Notes: generated by a model not told the origin, from the sequence alone. 64,000 bases of DNA from an uncultured Desulfuromonadales bacterium (GCA_903929485.1 CAIYUY010000021.1:830-64829); one strand, 5' to 3'. Shown: positions 1 to 10,882, numbered from the stretch's first letter. Numbers and translations: made by a program.

Positions 1-2664
1 GGTTCCGTCGCCGTCGGGGAGGGAGTCCGGCAGGGAGATCGTCGCCGCCAAAGGGGATATGACCGGCGGGGCCGTCCCCCGGAGGAAGGGGATGGTACAG
101 GTAAAGCTGCTCCCCACCCCCGGCTGGCTGGTTACCCCGATCTCCCCTCCCATGAGCGCCGTCAACTGACGACAGATACTGAGCCCCAGCCCGGCGCCGC
201 CGAAGTTACGGGTGGTGGAGCCGTCTCCCTGGGTGAAGGGAGAAAAAATCTGCTCCATCTGCTCCGGGGTCATGCCGATCCCGGTGTCTCGCACCGAGAA
301 TTCCAGCAGCACTCCATCCGGCTCGGCTGTCAGCGGGCGAACGGAGAGCTCCACCTCCCCCGCGGCAGTGAACTTGACTCCGTTACTCAGCAGGTTGAGA
401 ATAATCCGCCCCAGACGGTGAGAATCGCCCACCAGGTAGTCGGGTGTATCGGGGTGGACGCCGGTACGGAGTTGCACCCCCTTGGCGGAGGCCTCCACTG
501 CCGCCATGGAATGCAGACCCTCCAGAAGGGAACGGAACGCAAAGGGGGCCGCTTCCAGCTCCAGTTTTCCTGCCTCGATCTTGGAGAAATCCAGCAGGTC
601 GTTCAACAGTCTCATCAGAACTTGCGCCGAAGCGGAGATCTTCTCCAGGTAATCCCGCTGTTTGGGCGCCAGGTCGGTGAGAAGCGCCAGATACCCCAGG
701 CCGATGATGGCGTTCATGGGGGTTCGGAGCTCATGGCTCATATTGGCCATGAAATCACTCTTGGCTTGACTGGCCGCCTCGGCCGCCAGTTCGGATTTTT
801 TGAGCCGGTTGACGTCGGTGGCCACCACATGGAACCCCATGACCTCCCCCTCCTGGAAATAGGGAAGGTATCTCACTTGAGAGTGTCGAATTCCGTCACC
901 ATCGGCAATGGAGTAGGCCTGCTCAAACTCTTGCGGCTCACCCCGCAAGGCGGATTCCAGATACGGGAGAATAAGCAGGTAGTTCTCTTGCCCAACCACC
1001 TCGCGGATATGCTTCCCCACGGCCGTCAACGGGTTTACGCCGAACCAGTCCCGGTAGGCGTGATTGGCGAATCGGCAGCGAAGGTTTTTGTCCCAACAGC
1101 CGATCAAGGCCGGCACCCCATCGAGAACGGACCTGAAGTCATGCTCGCTCTGCCGGAGCAGTTCCTCGTTCAGCTTCCGGATGGTTATGTCGGCATGGGT
1201 AACGACGACACCCCGTCCGGAGCCTTTCAATTTCACGACCCGCATGACATACCAGCGCGGATCAACCGGAGAGGGACGATGATACTCCATGGCGAAACCG
1301 TCTCGTTCCCCCTGCAAAACCATGCCTATCCCCGCCGCACCGCGCCACTCTTCTTCATCTCCGCTGCTCCGGAGCGCCTCCTGGTACTGCGCGCCCAGAT
1401 CGCTGGTTACGGCGCCGGAGCCGCCGTTGCTCGCAACCGCCAAATTCCGCCAGGATTCGTTAACCGCGACAATGAGCCCCTCCGCGTCAAGCACGGCAAT
1501 GCTCGTGGGGAGTGAATCGATGATAGTGACGGCGAACCGTTCACTTGCCTTCAGCTCCACCAACAGCTTTTCCGTCCTGCGCTGCGCCTGGGTGCGACCG
1601 TTCAGGGCGCGGAGCAGGACAAGCAGCAGGAAGGTCATCGCGGCGCCGCCGGCCAGGGTGAGCCATACGCTGAGATACGCCGTGGTAAAAAATCCGCCGC
1701 CGTTTCGGTTAAAGCGAAGCGTCCAGAGCCGGCCAATGGTCTGAATCCGCCGAGTGGAGAGCTCTTTGCGCGCAAGACTCTTCTCCGGAGGGGAGAGTGT
1801 TTCGTACAGCAGGCTTTGGAGCGAGGGGCTCGCCCCATCGAAGAGCTGAAGGTGAGGCTGCTGCTCTTTCCCCCCCTTGTCGCGACCAAGTATCCCCTCC
1901 ATGAGATCGCTCATCCGATAGGGGCTGTAGACCCACCCCAGGAGCGCGGCGCGGCGCTGGGCTACCGTTTCAAGGGGGAAGTTTTTACGGTAGACCGGGA
2001 GATACATGAGGACACCGGACTGAATCCGGACGGCTGCTTCCTGAACCAGGGTAACCTTGCCGGAGAGTGCGGCGGTTCCCGTATCCCGCGCCTGTTCCAT
2101 GGCCAGTCGGCGCACCGGCTCCGAAAACATGTCGTAGCCGAAGGCCCGCAGGTTTCTGCCTGAAAACGGTTCAAGATAGATGATGGAAGAGTAGAGCTCG
2201 CGATGGCCGGGCGGTTTAACCGCATATTCGGGAAACCCTTCACGCCGGAGTTCCCGGACGTGCCGGGCGACTCCCTCGCGGGGGATCAGCAGCGCGAAAC
2301 CAACCCCCTGAATGCCCGGGAGCTGTTGTTCAATCTTCAGGGAGTCGACATACCGACGCCACTCATCCCGCGTTACGTTCTCCGAAGCGTTGAATAATCC
2401 GGCGCATCCCCTCAGAAGGAGACCATAATCATTCAGCCTTTCAACAATTCGGGCTTGCATGACGTCGCAGCGGGAGGTGAATTCCAGTGCGGCGATCCTT
2501 TCCAGGTCTGTTTTCGTCTGCCACGCCGTGGCGGCGGTAATCAGTAGCCCCGCCACCACCACGAGCCGGCTCTCCCAGGTCCAACGCCCCGGCGGCGCGG
2601 TCGGCGCCCCCACGGGGGAAAGGCCACCGTCTTCAGCGTCATTGATGAAGGGGATTTTGTTCAC
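1..2664 (-). CDS. CHASE-domain / PAS sensor histidine kinase (3' end runs off the window)
   Basis: Absent from the ORF track because there is no stop in the window. My minus-strand translation from GTG at 2664 gives a TM helix, a CHASE-like block ([30 protein letters not shown]...[30 protein letters not shown]), a PAS-like region, an H-box ([17 protein letters not shown]) and HATPase_c ([14 protein letters not shown]). Confidence 0.85.
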   Translation of the reverse strand, partial: MNKIPFINDAEDGGLSPVGAPTAPPGRWTWESRLVVVAGLLITAATAWQTKTDLERIAALEFTSRCDVMQARIVERLNDYGLLLRGCAGLFNASENVTRDEWRRYVDSLKIEQQLPGIQGVGFALLIPREGVARHVRELRREGFPEYAVKPPGHRELYSSIIYLEPFSGRNLRAFGYDMFSEPVRRLAMEQARDTGTAALSGKVTLVQEAAVRIQSGVLMYLPVYRKNFPLETVAQRRAALLGWVYSPYRMSDLMEGILGRDKGGKEQQPHLQLFDGASPSLQSLLYETLSPPEKSLARKELSTRRIQTIGRLWTLRFNRNGGGFFTTAYLSVWLTLAGGAAMTFLLLVLLRALNGRTQAQRRTEKLLVELKASERFAVTIIDSLPTSIAVLDAEGLIVAVNESWRNLAVASNGGSGAVTSDLGAQYQEALRSSGDEEEWRGAAGIGMVLQGERDGFAMEYHRPSPVDPRWYVMRVVKLKGSGRGVVVTHADITIRKLNEELLRQSEHDFRSVLDGVPALIGCWDKNLRCRFANHAYRDWFGVNPLTAVGKHIREVVGQENYLLILPYLESALRGEPQEFEQAYSIADGDGIRHSQVRYLPYFQEGEVMGFHVVATDVNRLKKSELAAEAASQAKSDFMANMSHELRTPMNAIIGLGYLALLTDLAPKQRDYLEKISASAQVLMRLLNDLLDFSKIEAGKLELEAAPFAFRSLLEGLHSMAAVEASAKGVQLRTGVHPDTPDYLVGDSHRLGRIILNLLSNGVKFTAAGEVELSVRPLTAEPDGVLLEFSVRDTGIGMTPEQMEQIFSPFTQGDGSTTRNFGGAGLGLSICRQLTALMGGEIGVTSQPGVGSSFTCTIPFLRGTAPPVISPLAATISLPDSLPDGDGT

Positions 2665-2920
2665 GTTAGCTCCATGGGGAGTGAAAACCATGTCACAACA
2701 GTTCGATGCATGATTTCGCGGGTGAAAGAGTATGGTGCGCAAGGGTTCAGGGAGAGAAACTTGCAGCACATTACATCGCAATATTAATTAAATCAACAAC
2801 TATGTTTTTATTTTAAAAATACGTTGCAAGCGGGTGGCGGCTTGACTGAAGGAAGCAGAGCCGAGGCGCAACTCTAGTTGTCATTTTTGAGCGACAGCGC
2901 ATCTGCTTTTTGTCTGACCA

Positions 2921-3060
2921 GCTGATCCTTGCTTCGACTACGCTCAGCACAAGTCGCTTGGGATGACAAGCAAGGGACAGGATGCAGCGCTCCAGGGGCT
3001 CTTCCGCAACCATTGTCAATTATCAATTATCCATTGTCCATTGCCAATGGTACATTGTCC
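2921..3060. repeat. Composite REP-like module (ttcgacTACgctcag motif followed by caattatcaatt/ccattgtccattg short repeats)
   Basis: Related motif pairs recur at 52561-52640 and 53486-53550. The ORFs here (2813-3157) look like repeat translations. Confidence 0.6.
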
Positions 3061-3153
3061 CGCAAATGCCGATTGCTCATGCGCGGTGTTCCTGATACGC
3101 TGTTTTCTCTTTCATGAATACGGGAGGAACGGCGTCATGGGCAGGCATACGGT

Positions 3154-3783
3154 ATGAGCTTCAACGAAAACAGCCGGGTGAAAATCCCCGCTATACTCCA
3201 CTTATGTCGTCTGGGCTACGTCTACCTACCCCTGTCCGGAGCCGACCGCCATGAAAGCACGAACATTTTCACCGGGATCTTTGCCGAGAGCATCCGGCGG
3301 ATCAACCCGGACATGGAAGAAGGAGACGTCAAGAGAGTGTTGGTAGATATCTCCCTGGCCCTGGAGAATGAGGAACTGGGTGAGGCATTTTACCGGATGC
3401 TCACCGCCCGTTTCGGGGTGAAGCTCATGGACTTCGACAACCTGAAGCGGGAGCATTTTATCTCCCGGCGGCATAACCGGCGGAACGAAGGGGAGTTCGC
3501 CAAACTCTTTGACGACACCCTGCGTGACATCGCCATCTTCAAAAACGACATCTTTTCCGTGAAGACCGGCACCGGCGCCAAGACCACCCTCTTCGACGAG
3601 CTTTCCAACTACATCACCGACAGCTCCCGGCGGGACGATTTCTGCCGCGCCGTCATCAATCAACTGATGAATTTCAGCTTCGAGAGAATCTTCCACCAGA
3701 AGTTCGATTTTTTCTCCACCATCTTCGAATATCTCATCAAGGATAGAATTACTCCCTCAGCGCCGGGCAGTATTTTGACGTGA
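3154..3783 (+). pseudogene. hsdM: Type I R-M methylase (HsdM-type) N-terminal fragment
   Basis: The N-terminus MSFNENSRVKIPAILHLCRLGYVYL matches the type I R-M N-terminal domain style. The ORF ends right after the DFFSTIFEYLIKD motif, before any SAM-binding or catalytic motifs. Confidence 0.65.
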
Positions 3784-3986
3784 AGATCGAGTACACCGAT
3801 ATCACACCGACGGAATTTGCCGCGAAAATGGCGGCATACGGCAAAAATCCGGAGCAGTTGCTCGTGGAGTCCGGGGAGTTGGAAAAGGAGATCAAGAAGC
3901 AGTTGGCGGGGTTAAAACATGCACAACTGGAAAACGAAAAAACTTGGTGCTATTTCCGAAATGTGTCTCGGGAAAATGTCGGATAA
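3780..3986 (+). pseudogene. hsdM: HsdM C-terminal scrap
   Basis: A short coiled C-terminal tail (ELEKEIKKQLAGLK) directly abuts the hsdS start. There is no methylase core between this and 3783. Confidence 0.5.
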
Positions 3987-4240
3987 GAACAAAAACAAGG
4001 GTGAGCTTCAACCTTATCTTGCGAACATCAATGTACGATGGGGATCATTCGATCTTGCGAATCTCGGTAAGATGCGCTTTGAATCAAAAGAGCTTGATCG
4101 GTATGGGTTACAATTTGGTGATTCGCATCAAATTTAACAGATAAAATCGAAATACAAAAAGAAGAGAACCAACACCTCTCCTCACTCCGCAACCGGCTCC
4201 TCCCCATGCTCATGAACGGGCAGGTGACGATGAGAGAACA
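3919..4240 (+). pseudogene. hsdS: Type I R-M specificity subunit remnants (N-terminal 72 aa plus C-terminal tail)
   Basis: MHNWKTKKLGAISEMCLGKM...PYLANINVRWGSFDL is a typical HsdS N-terminus, truncated at 4137. My translation of 4142-4240 gives ...SLRNRLLPMLMNGQVTM, a typical HsdS C-terminus. The target-recognition domains are missing. Confidence 0.65.
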
Positions 4241-4252
4241 TCAGGAGACTCC

Positions 4253-5080
4253 ATGGACAACATCTTCAGCGCGGCGGCCGCCGCCATCAAAAACGCCCGG
4301 GCCCTGATCATCACCGCCGGAGCGGGAATGGGGGTGGATTCGGGCCTCCCCGACTTTCGCGGTAACCAGGGATTCTGGCAGGCCTATCCCCCCTACCAGC
4401 GACTGGGACTCTCCTTCCAGGATGCGGCCAATCCGGATCAGTTCCAGCAAGACCCCCTCTTCGGTTGGGGATTCTACGGCCACCGACTCAACCTCTACCG
4501 GGAAACGGTTCCCCACACCGGCTTTGCCCTCCTCCGGGAGTGGATCCAGCGGTTCAACCTGGACTGCTTCGTGGCGACCTCCAACGTGGACGGCCAGTTT
4601 CAGAAAGCCGGTTTCGATGACAAGCAGATCCTCGAAGTTCACGGCTCAATCCACCACCTCCAATGCCTCACCCCCTGCGGAATGAACATCTGGCCCAATC
4701 GGGAAAAGATCAGCGTGGATACGGTCACCATGCGGTCGCGCAGCATCCCCAAATGTATTCACTGCGGCGCCACGTCTCGCCCCAATATCCTCATGTTCGG
4801 TGACTATTCCTGGATCAGTAATCGGACCGACCTGCAGGAGGAGCGGCTTCAGGAGTTCCTGGCTCGGCATGATGGCAGCAAAATAGCCATCGTGGAGTGC
4901 GGCGCCGGGACCGCCATCCCCACCATTCGCTACCTGGGAGAACGACTGGGGAAACGCCACGGCGCAACCCTCATCAGGATCAACCCGCGAGAGCCCCAGG
5001 CTCCGAAACCGCACCTCTCCCTCCCCTACGGAGCACGGGAAGGATTACTCAGTATTGAGGCGGAACTGACTGCCGGTTAA
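4253..5080 (+). CDS. SIR2-family NAD-dependent protein deacylase (sirtuin)
   Basis: Contains GAGMGVDSGLPDFRG, TSNVDG, the catalytic HG (EVHGS) and a Cys4 zinc ribbon (C..C...C..C). Confidence 0.85.
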   Translation: MDNIFSAAAAAIKNARALIITAGAGMGVDSGLPDFRGNQGFWQAYPPYQRLGLSFQDAANPDQFQQDPLFGWGFYGHRLNLYRETVPHTGFALLREWIQRFNLDCFVATSNVDGQFQKAGFDDKQILEVHGSIHHLQCLTPCGMNIWPNREKISVDTVTMRSRSIPKCIHCGATSRPNILMFGDYSWISNRTDLQEERLQEFLARHDGSKIAIVECGAGTAIPTIRYLGERLGKRHGATLIRINPREPQAPKPHLSLPYGAREGLLSIEAELTAG

Positions 5081-5159
5081 CTATTTACCCTTGCGATTTT
5101 TTGGCGGCATGGATATACTAAAGTCGGAATTAGAACTTGCGAGGGGCGACCCTCATGTG

Positions 5160-5200
5160 CCCTAGCTGACTTTCCCTCCTAGTCGCTAGGGTGTTTTTTG
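5160..5200 (+). terminator. Intrinsic terminator candidate downstream of the sirtuin gene
   Basis: CCCTAGC ... GCTAGGG stem followed by TGTTTTTTGTTTG. Confidence 0.5.
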
Positions 5201-5387
5201 TTTGAAATTCAAAAAAACATAACACCGTCTTTTGACGGCACAAAGTGCGGGATTTGGCTGTAAACAGCCATTTCACCGTTTTTTTATCCCAGGAACCGGA
5301 CGAATCGATCTGAACCACTCCATACCGTATACAATAACCCCTTGGAAAAAGAGCATATAGACGATAAATTCACCTCCCCTCTAAAGT

Positions 5388-5403
5388 TGGCACACTATTG
5401 GCA
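5388..5403 (+). promoter_or_regulatory. Sigma-54 (-24/-12) type promoter candidate
   Basis: TGGCAC-ACTAT-TGGCA has correct GG/GC spacing and one mismatch to TGGCAC-N5-TTGCA. It lies ~45 nt upstream of the ATG at 5446. Confidence 0.45.
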
Positions 5404-5445
5404 TTGTTCCCTTCATTGAAATCAAAGAGAAAAGGAGCCATCCCC

Positions 5446-5637
5446 ATGGGAAGAATGAGTGAAAATCCGCGGTACAATGTCATTTCAATGAGGATCAGCG
5501 ATGAGGAGAGGGAAACCTTGCAAGAGCTCATCTGCACCACACAGAAAAGCGTGTCCGACATCATGCGGGAAGCGATGGAGCTCTTCAAGCTCCAGCTTGT
5601 TTCCCCTAATCAAGAGCTGCAAAGGAAAGCCGCCTGA
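5446..5637 (+). CDS. Small ribbon-helix-helix-like protein
   Basis: AGGAG sits 8 nt upstream of the ATG. MRISDEERETLQELI...VSDIMREAM has an RHH-like pattern. I moved the start inward from the track ORF start at 5398. Confidence 0.45.
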   Translation: MGRMSENPRYNVISMRISDEERETLQELICTTQKSVSDIMREAMELFKLQLVSPNQELQRKAA

Positions 5638-5709
5638 ACAAGCAGGCAAGACGGATCAGGCAAAAAAAAGAGCGCCGTAGCGCTCTCTTGGTGACCATGG
5701 AGTTTCGGG

Positions 5710-7176
5710 CTATTTCACCGCCCAGGTGGTTCCCAGGGGAGAATCCAGCAGGGCGATGTTGCGGGAAAGGAGGAGATCGCGAATCTCATCGCTCCTTTTG
5801 AAGTCCTTGGACTTCCGTGCCAGCGCCCGCTCTCCGATCAACCCCTCGATCTCTTCCGTTGAGATTTCCAGTTCCGCCGCCCGCCGCGACTTGATTCGCC
5901 CCAGATATTCAGCCGGTTCCGAAGTGAACAGACCAAGAACCCGCCCTACGTCTATAACGGCCTGACGCGCCGTTGCCAGGATTTCGCACAGGCGATCACT
6001 GACCACCGAATCCTCGGCGGCAACCCGGTTAACGACACGGGTCAGATCAAACAGCCCGGCAATGGCCAGTGCGCTGTTGAAATCATCGTCCATGGCCTCG
6101 CGAAACCGTAATCCAATGTCGCGGACCTTTTCCTCCAGCTCCCTGCCGCCGTCACTTAAGAGTCCGCCGGCCTCCCTTTTCCCCGCGCAAACCCGATCAA
6201 TCTCCGCCAGCCCCTTGTAAATCCTCTCCAGTCCCGCATGAGCCTCGTTGAGATTCTGATCACAGAAGTCGATGGGAGAACGATAATGGGCCGACAGGAG
6301 GAAGAAGCGGAGCACCTCCGCGTCGTACCGTTCCAGCACCTCCTTGATGGTAAAGAAGTTGCCCAACGACTTGCTCATCTTCTCCGAGTTGATATTGACA
6401 AAACCGTTATGGAGCCAGTAGTTGACAAAAGGGCGCCCATTGGCCGCCTCGGATTGGGCGATCTCGTTTTCGTGATGGGGGAAGACCAGGTCCTTGCCGC
6501 CGCCGTGAATATCGAAGGTCTCGCCAAGAAACTTCATGCTCATTGCCGAACACTCGATGTGCCACCCCGGCCGCCCCGCTCCCCAGGGAGACTCCCAGGA
6601 CGGCTCCCCCGGCTTGGCCCCCTTCCAGAGGGCGAAATCCATGGGATTTTCCTTCCGTCCATCCACCTCCACCCTGGCGCCGGCCTGCATCTCTTCCAAA
6701 TTCCGCTTGGAGAGCTTCAGGTAGTCGGCAAAGGTCGCCACCCGGAAATAGACATCCCCCTCCACGGCGTAGGCGTGCCCCTTTTCCACCAGACGAGCCA
6801 CAATGGCGATGATCTCCGGGATATGCTCCGTCGCCTTGGGCTGGTGGGTGGGAAGCTCCAACCCCAGCGCCGCCATATCCTTGTCGAACTCGGCGATGAA
6901 TCTCTCGGAAACCTCGTGCCACGGGATGCCGTCCCGGTTGGCCCGATTGATGATCTTGTCATCAATATCGGTATAGTTCCGGACATAGGTAACAGCGAGC
7001 CCCACATACTTCAGGTAACGGTAGATCATGTCGAAGACCACGTTAGCCCGGGCATGGCCTATATGGCAGTGGTCATAGACCGTGACTCCGCAGACGTACA
7101 TCTTGACCTTTCCCGGCGCCAGCGGGACAAATTCTTCTTTCTTGCCGGAGAGGGTATTATAAACACGCAATGCCAT
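5710..7176 (-). CDS. cysS: Cysteinyl-tRNA synthetase
   Basis: [16 protein letters not shown]..., HIGH-type CHIGHARA and KMSKS are present. The start is set at MALRVY (ATG 7176). Confidence 0.95.
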   Translation of the reverse strand: MALRVYNTLSGKKEEFVPLAPGKVKMYVCGVTVYDHCHIGHARANVVFDMIYRYLKYVGLAVTYVRNYTDIDDKIINRANRDGIPWHEVSERFIAEFDKDMAALGLELPTHQPKATEHIPEIIAIVARLVEKGHAYAVEGDVYFRVATFADYLKLSKRNLEEMQAGARVEVDGRKENPMDFALWKGAKPGEPSWESPWGAGRPGWHIECSAMSMKFLGETFDIHGGGKDLVFPHHENEIAQSEAANGRPFVNYWLHNGFVNINSEKMSKSLGNFFTIKEVLERYDAEVLRFFLLSAHYRSPIDFCDQNLNEAHAGLERIYKGLAEIDRVCAGKREAGGLLSDGGRELEEKVRDIGLRFREAMDDDFNSALAIAGLFDLTRVVNRVAAEDSVVSDRLCEILATARQAVIDVGRVLGLFTSEPAEYLGRIKSRRAAELEISTEEIEGLIGERALARKSKDFKRSDEIRDLLLSRNIALLDSPLGTTWAVK

Positions 7177-7202
7177 GAGATAAACCTTTCTTATCCGTAT
7201 AT

Positions 7203-8885
7203 TTACTTTGCCCACGAATCCCGCAACGTTACCGTCCGATTAAAAACAGGCTTACCGGGGAGGGAATCCTTCCCATCCACACAGAAATAACCCTGGCGCT
7301 CAAACTGAAACCGCTCCTCCGGCCGGGCGGCGGCCAGGGACGGCTCCATGACGGCGCCGGTCAAAAACTCCGTGGAATCCGGATTGAGAAGACTCTTCCA
7401 ATCGTCTCCCGACGGGTTGGAAACGGTGATGAGCCGGTCATACAACCGGACATCAGCCTGAATGCCATGTCTGGCCGAGACCCAGTGGATGACCCCCTTC
7501 ACCTTCCGGTCCGCTGCCGGACCGCCGGTAAGGGTCTCGCGATCGTAGCTGCAACGGACGGCAGTGACAACGCCGCTTTCGTCTTTCTCCACGCCGGTGC
7601 AGCGGATTATGAAGGCATACCTGAGCCGCACCTCGCTCCCCGGGGCAAGTCGCTTGAACCCCTTCACCGGAACCTCCATGAAGTCATCACGCTCCATATA
7701 CAGTTCCCGGCAGAAGGGAATACTCCGCACCCCCAATTCCGGCCGCTGGGGATGATTGGCCGCGGAGAACTCTTCCGCCAGTTCTTCGGGGTAATTCTCC
7801 ACAATCAGCCTCAAGGGACGAAGCACCGCCATGGCCCGTGGGGCCGCAACATTCAGGTCACTCCTGACACACTCCTCCAGGACGCTCATCTCGATCCAGC
7901 TCCCATTGCGCCCCACCCCGATCTGCTCGCAAAAAGCCCTGATGGAGTCAGGCGTATATCCTCTACGCCGGAGACCATCCAGGGTAGGCATCCGCGGATC
8001 GTCCCACCCGGTGACGTCACCATCCCGGACCAGCTGAAGGAGTTTCCGCTTGCTCATGACCGTATAAGTCAGGTTGAGCCGGGCGAATTCATACTGTCGC
8101 GGATGATACACGCAAAGCTGATCCAAAAACCAGTCATACAGAGGGCGGTGATCCTCGAACTCCAGGGTGCAGATGGAGTGGGTGATCCCCTCAATGGAGT
8201 CGGATTGCCCATGGGCATAGTCGTACATGGGATAGATACACCAGGCGTCACCGGTGTGCGGATGCGGCTCATGAACAATCCGGTACATGACCGGGTCACG
8301 CAGGTTCATGTTGGGGGAAGCCATGTCGATCTTGGCCCGAAGGACCCTGCTCCCATCGGGAAAGTCGCCGGCGCGCATCCTTCGGAAGAGTTCCAGATTC
8401 TCCTCCACGCTCCGGTTCCGATAAGGGCTCTCCTTTCCGGCTTCCGTGAGGGTTCCCCGATATGCCCGCATCTCCTCGGCGGTGAGGTCGTCCACATAGG
8501 CGACCCCTTTCCCGACCAGCTCCTCGGCCCACTGATAAAGTTGCGGAAAATAGTCTGACGCGTGATGGAGATGTTCACCCCAATCGAATCCCAACCACCG
8601 GACGCTACCCTTGATGGAGTCAATATACTCCTGGTCTTCCCTGGCCGGGTTCGTGTCATCCAGACGGAGGTGACACTCTCCGCCGAAGTCCCGGGCCAGA
8701 CCAAAGTTGAGACAGATGGACTTGGCGTGACCGATGTGGAGATAGCCGTTGGGCTCCGGGGGAAAACGGGTGACGATGGACGCATGCTTCCCTGACGCCA
8801 AGTCGTCCTGAATGATATTCCGGAGAAAGTTGGCTGAACCGGCGGCTGCCGTTTCGGTGATATGGTTTTCCGGTGCCATGGTCAT
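7203..8885 (-). CDS. glnS: Glutaminyl-tRNA synthetase
   Basis: [11 protein letters not shown]...[18 protein letters not shown]...RLDDTNP are GlnRS hallmarks. Confidence 0.95.
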   Translation of the reverse strand: MTMAPENHITETAAAGSANFLRNIIQDDLASGKHASIVTRFPPEPNGYLHIGHAKSICLNFGLARDFGGECHLRLDDTNPAREDQEYIDSIKGSVRWLGFDWGEHLHHASDYFPQLYQWAEELVGKGVAYVDDLTAEEMRAYRGTLTEAGKESPYRNRSVEENLELFRRMRAGDFPDGSRVLRAKIDMASPNMNLRDPVMYRIVHEPHPHTGDAWCIYPMYDYAHGQSDSIEGITHSICTLEFEDHRPLYDWFLDQLCVYHPRQYEFARLNLTYTVMSKRKLLQLVRDGDVTGWDDPRMPTLDGLRRRGYTPDSIRAFCEQIGVGRNGSWIEMSVLEECVRSDLNVAAPRAMAVLRPLRLIVENYPEELAEEFSAANHPQRPELGVRSIPFCRELYMERDDFMEVPVKGFKRLAPGSEVRLRYAFIIRCTGVEKDESGVVTAVRCSYDRETLTGGPAADRKVKGVIHWVSARHGIQADVRLYDRLITVSNPSGDDWKSLLNPDSTEFLTGAVMEPSLAAARPEERFQFERQGYFCVDGKDSLPGKPVFNRTVTLRDSWAK

Positions 8886-8901
8886 GAATTCCTCTGTGTA
8901 C

Positions 8902-9378
8902 TTATTCTTCCCGCTTCATCAGCGCCACGGCGTGGGCGGCGATCCCTTCGCCCCGACCGGCAAAACCGAGTTCCTCGGTGGTGGTGGCCTTGACGTTAAT
9001 CCGACCCACGTCACAACCGAGGGTAACGGCGATATTTTCGCGCATCTTTTGGACATGGGGCGCCATCTTGGGACGCTGGGCCACGATGGTGGCGTCCAGG
9101 TTTCCCAGGAGATACCCCTCTTTCCTGGCCAACTCCCCCACGTGGGCCAAAAGCTTGAGGCTGTCGGCCCCCTTGAAGCGCGGATCCGTGTCGGGAAAGT
9201 GCCGGCCGATATCCCCCAGGGCCAAGGCGCCAAGAATGGCGTCGGCAATGGCATGAAGCAGCACATCGGCATCCGAGTGCCCCAGAAGCCCCTTTTCCCA
9301 GGGGATATCCACCCCCCCCATGATCAGCTTGCGCCCCTCCACGAGGCAGTGAACGTCATAGCCGTGGCCGATTCTCAT
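8902..9378 (-). CDS. ispF: 2-C-methyl-D-erythritol 2,4-cyclodiphosphate synthase
   Basis: [10 protein letters not shown]...[12 protein letters not shown]... Confidence 0.95.
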   Translation of the reverse strand: MRIGHGYDVHCLVEGRKLIMGGVDIPWEKGLLGHSDADVLLHAIADAILGALALGDIGRHFPDTDPRFKGADSLKLLAHVGELARKEGYLLGNLDATIVAQRPKMAPHVQKMRENIAVTLGCDVGRINVKATTTEELGFAGRGEGIAAHAVALMKREE

Positions 9379-9392
9379 TCTACTCCCCCTCT

Positions 9393-9499
9393 ATCCACTG
9401 ATTTCACTGAGTACACTGAGTACACTGAAAAACCGATCAGAAAACGAACCATCCACTGATTTCACTGAGTACACTGAAAAACCGATCAGAAAACGAGCC
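9393..9499. repeat. Tandem flank repeat (2 copies, 58 and 49 bp) of the GxxExxY cassette
   Basis: The unit atccactgatttcactgagtacactgaaaaaccgatcagaaaacga occurs twice. The second copy encodes the last residues and the stop of the GxxExxY gene. Confidence 0.85.
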
Positions 9500-9851
9500 G
9501 TTTAACCTGAAGAGTGGGACTACCAAAATTAAGCAGAAGGCCACGCTTACATCCGGTAGCCTTGAGATAATTCAGAAGCTGAGCATGATCCACACTGGTG
9601 AGATTTCCTCTGGCTTTTAACTCCACGATGATCTCACCATAACAGATGAAATCAGCTCGGTATGAACAACTCAATTGCTTATTCTTATAAAAAACAGGAA
9701 GTTGAACTTCTTTCGAATAAGGAATCAGGTAACTGACAAATTCCAGACACAAAGCCTCGCAATAAACTGCCTCAAGAAAACCGTGCCCCAGCTCCCTGTG
9801 AACTTCCAAGGCGGCTCCGATGATAGCATGAGTCTGAAGATCATTGTCCAT
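9486..9851 (-). CDS. GxxExxY-family protein (PD-(D/E)XK-like)
   Basis: MDNDLQTHAIIGAALEVHRELGHGFLEAVY... contains the GFLEAVY motif and ends ...AQLLNYLKATGCKRGLLLNFG. The 262-aa track ORF (to 10274) is read-through of repeats and ispD antisense. Confidence 0.85.
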   Translation of the reverse strand: MDNDLQTHAIIGAALEVHRELGHGFLEAVYCEALCLEFVSYLIPYSKEVQLPVFYKNKQLSCSYRADFICYGEIIVELKARGNLTSVDHAQLLNYLKATGCKRGLLLNFGSPTLQVKRLVF

Positions 9852-9861
9852 ACCGTCTTTT

Positions 9862-9972
9862 CTCAGTGTCCTCAGTGTCCTCAGTGGACAGGCCTCGGGT
9901 TTTCTCAGTGTCCTCAGTGTCCTCAGTGGACAGGCCTCGGGTTTTCTCAGTGTCCTCAGTGTCCTCAGTGGA
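9862..9972. repeat. 42-bp tandem repeat (about 2.6 copies) with a 9-bp sub-repeat cctcagtgt
   Basis: Units start at 9862, 9904 and 9946. The reverse complement (CCACTGAGGACACTGAGGACACTGAGAAAA) resembles the left flank (CCACTGATTTCACTGAGTACACTGAAAAA), so the flanks are imperfect inverted repeats. Confidence 0.85.
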
Positions 9973-10659
9973 TCAATCTTTAAGAAACGCCTCGGCCAGG
10001 ACCAGATCTTCCGGCGTGGTAATCTTGATGTTCCGGTAGTCGCCCAGGACGATATGCACTTCTCGCCCCATCCGCTCCACCAGGGAGGCATCATCGGTCC
10101 CCAGAAATCCTTCCGCATCGGCAATCTCGTGAGCCGCGCGGATGATACCGTAACGAAAAGCCTGGGGGGTCTGAGCCAGCCAGATGGTTTCCCGATTGGG
10201 GGTCTCCCTGACAATGCCGTCCACCACCACCTTGACGGTATCCTTTGCCGGGACCGCCACCAGCGCCCCGTCATATTTCCGAGCCGTGGCCACGGCGTGC
10301 TCCAGGATATGCCGGTTTATGAACGGGCGGACCCCATCATGAATGAGAATAACGGCGTCCTCATCCGTCCCGTCAATGGCGCGCAAACCGTTCAGCACCG
10401 AATGCTGCCGCTCCTTGCCGCCGGGGACAATGGCCCGCACCTTGGTGAAACCATATCGCTCCACTACTTCCATCCGGCAGTAGGGGATCTCCTGCTCCGG
10501 AGTAATAACGTAGATATCGTCCACAAAGGAGGCGGCCTGAAACAGGGCTATGGTCTGCCCCACGACAGGCATACCTCCGATCCGGAGATACTGTTTGTTG
10601 ATTCCCGCCTGCATCCGTTTCCCCATGCCGGCTGCGGGGATGAGCGCGATCACCTTCAT
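9973..10659 (-). CDS. ispD: 2-C-methyl-D-erythritol 4-phosphate cytidylyltransferase
   Basis: [16 protein letters not shown]...; start set at ATG 10659. Confidence 0.9.
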   Translation of the reverse strand: MKVIALIPAAGMGKRMQAGINKQYLRIGGMPVVGQTIALFQAASFVDDIYVITPEQEIPYCRMEVVERYGFTKVRAIVPGGKERQHSVLNGLRAIDGTDEDAVILIHDGVRPFINRHILEHAVATARKYDGALVAVPAKDTVKVVVDGIVRETPNRETIWLAQTPQAFRYGIIRAAHEIADAEGFLGTDDASLVERMGREVHIVLGDYRNIKITTPEDLVLAEAFLKD

Positions 10660-10882
10660 GGATTTTTCCCGGAAACGCACTTAGTTAGGTTGAGGAAGAC
10701 GAAAACACTATAATGCGCCATGGTTAGAGCGGTCAACGAAAAAGTGTCCTTACCCACGTTTTCGAGCCGCAGACAGGTGAAACGCACGGTATGCTCTTGA
10801 GATTCTCGCACCACTATGATAAAAGAATATACTAGTTGTGGTAAATGTAACCGGCAGCATGAGCAGTAAGGAGAATACCCAC

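Noticed and set aside
212-2713. Plus-strand ORFs (for example 418-1515, 365 aa) across the first 2.7 kb
   Set aside because: They are low-complexity, Arg/Gly/Pro-rich shadow translations. The minus strand encodes a coherent CHASE-PAS-HisKA-HATPase protein, which the track omitted only because its stop lies outside the window.
4253-5080. SIR2 protein next to R-M debris as an NAD-depleting defence effector
   Set aside because: It has the full sirtuin deacylase layout including the Cys4 zinc ribbon. It has no SLOG/TIR/HerA/pAgo partner and no extra domains, so a housekeeping-type sirtuin is the simpler reading.
6238-8558. Long plus-strand ORFs 6238-7290 and 7467-8558
   Set aside because: They are antisense to cysS and glnS, which have unmistakable class-I aaRS motifs.
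9862-9972. Possible CRISPR array
   Set aside because: The units are directly abutting 42-bp repeats with no unique spacers, there are only ~2.6 copies, and no cas genes are present.
9486-10274. 262-aa version of the GxxExxY ORF
   Set aside because: The N-terminal 141 residues are a translation of the 42-bp tandem repeat (PLRTLRTLRKPEAC x3) and of ispD antisense. The family-typical protein starts at MDNDL (9851).
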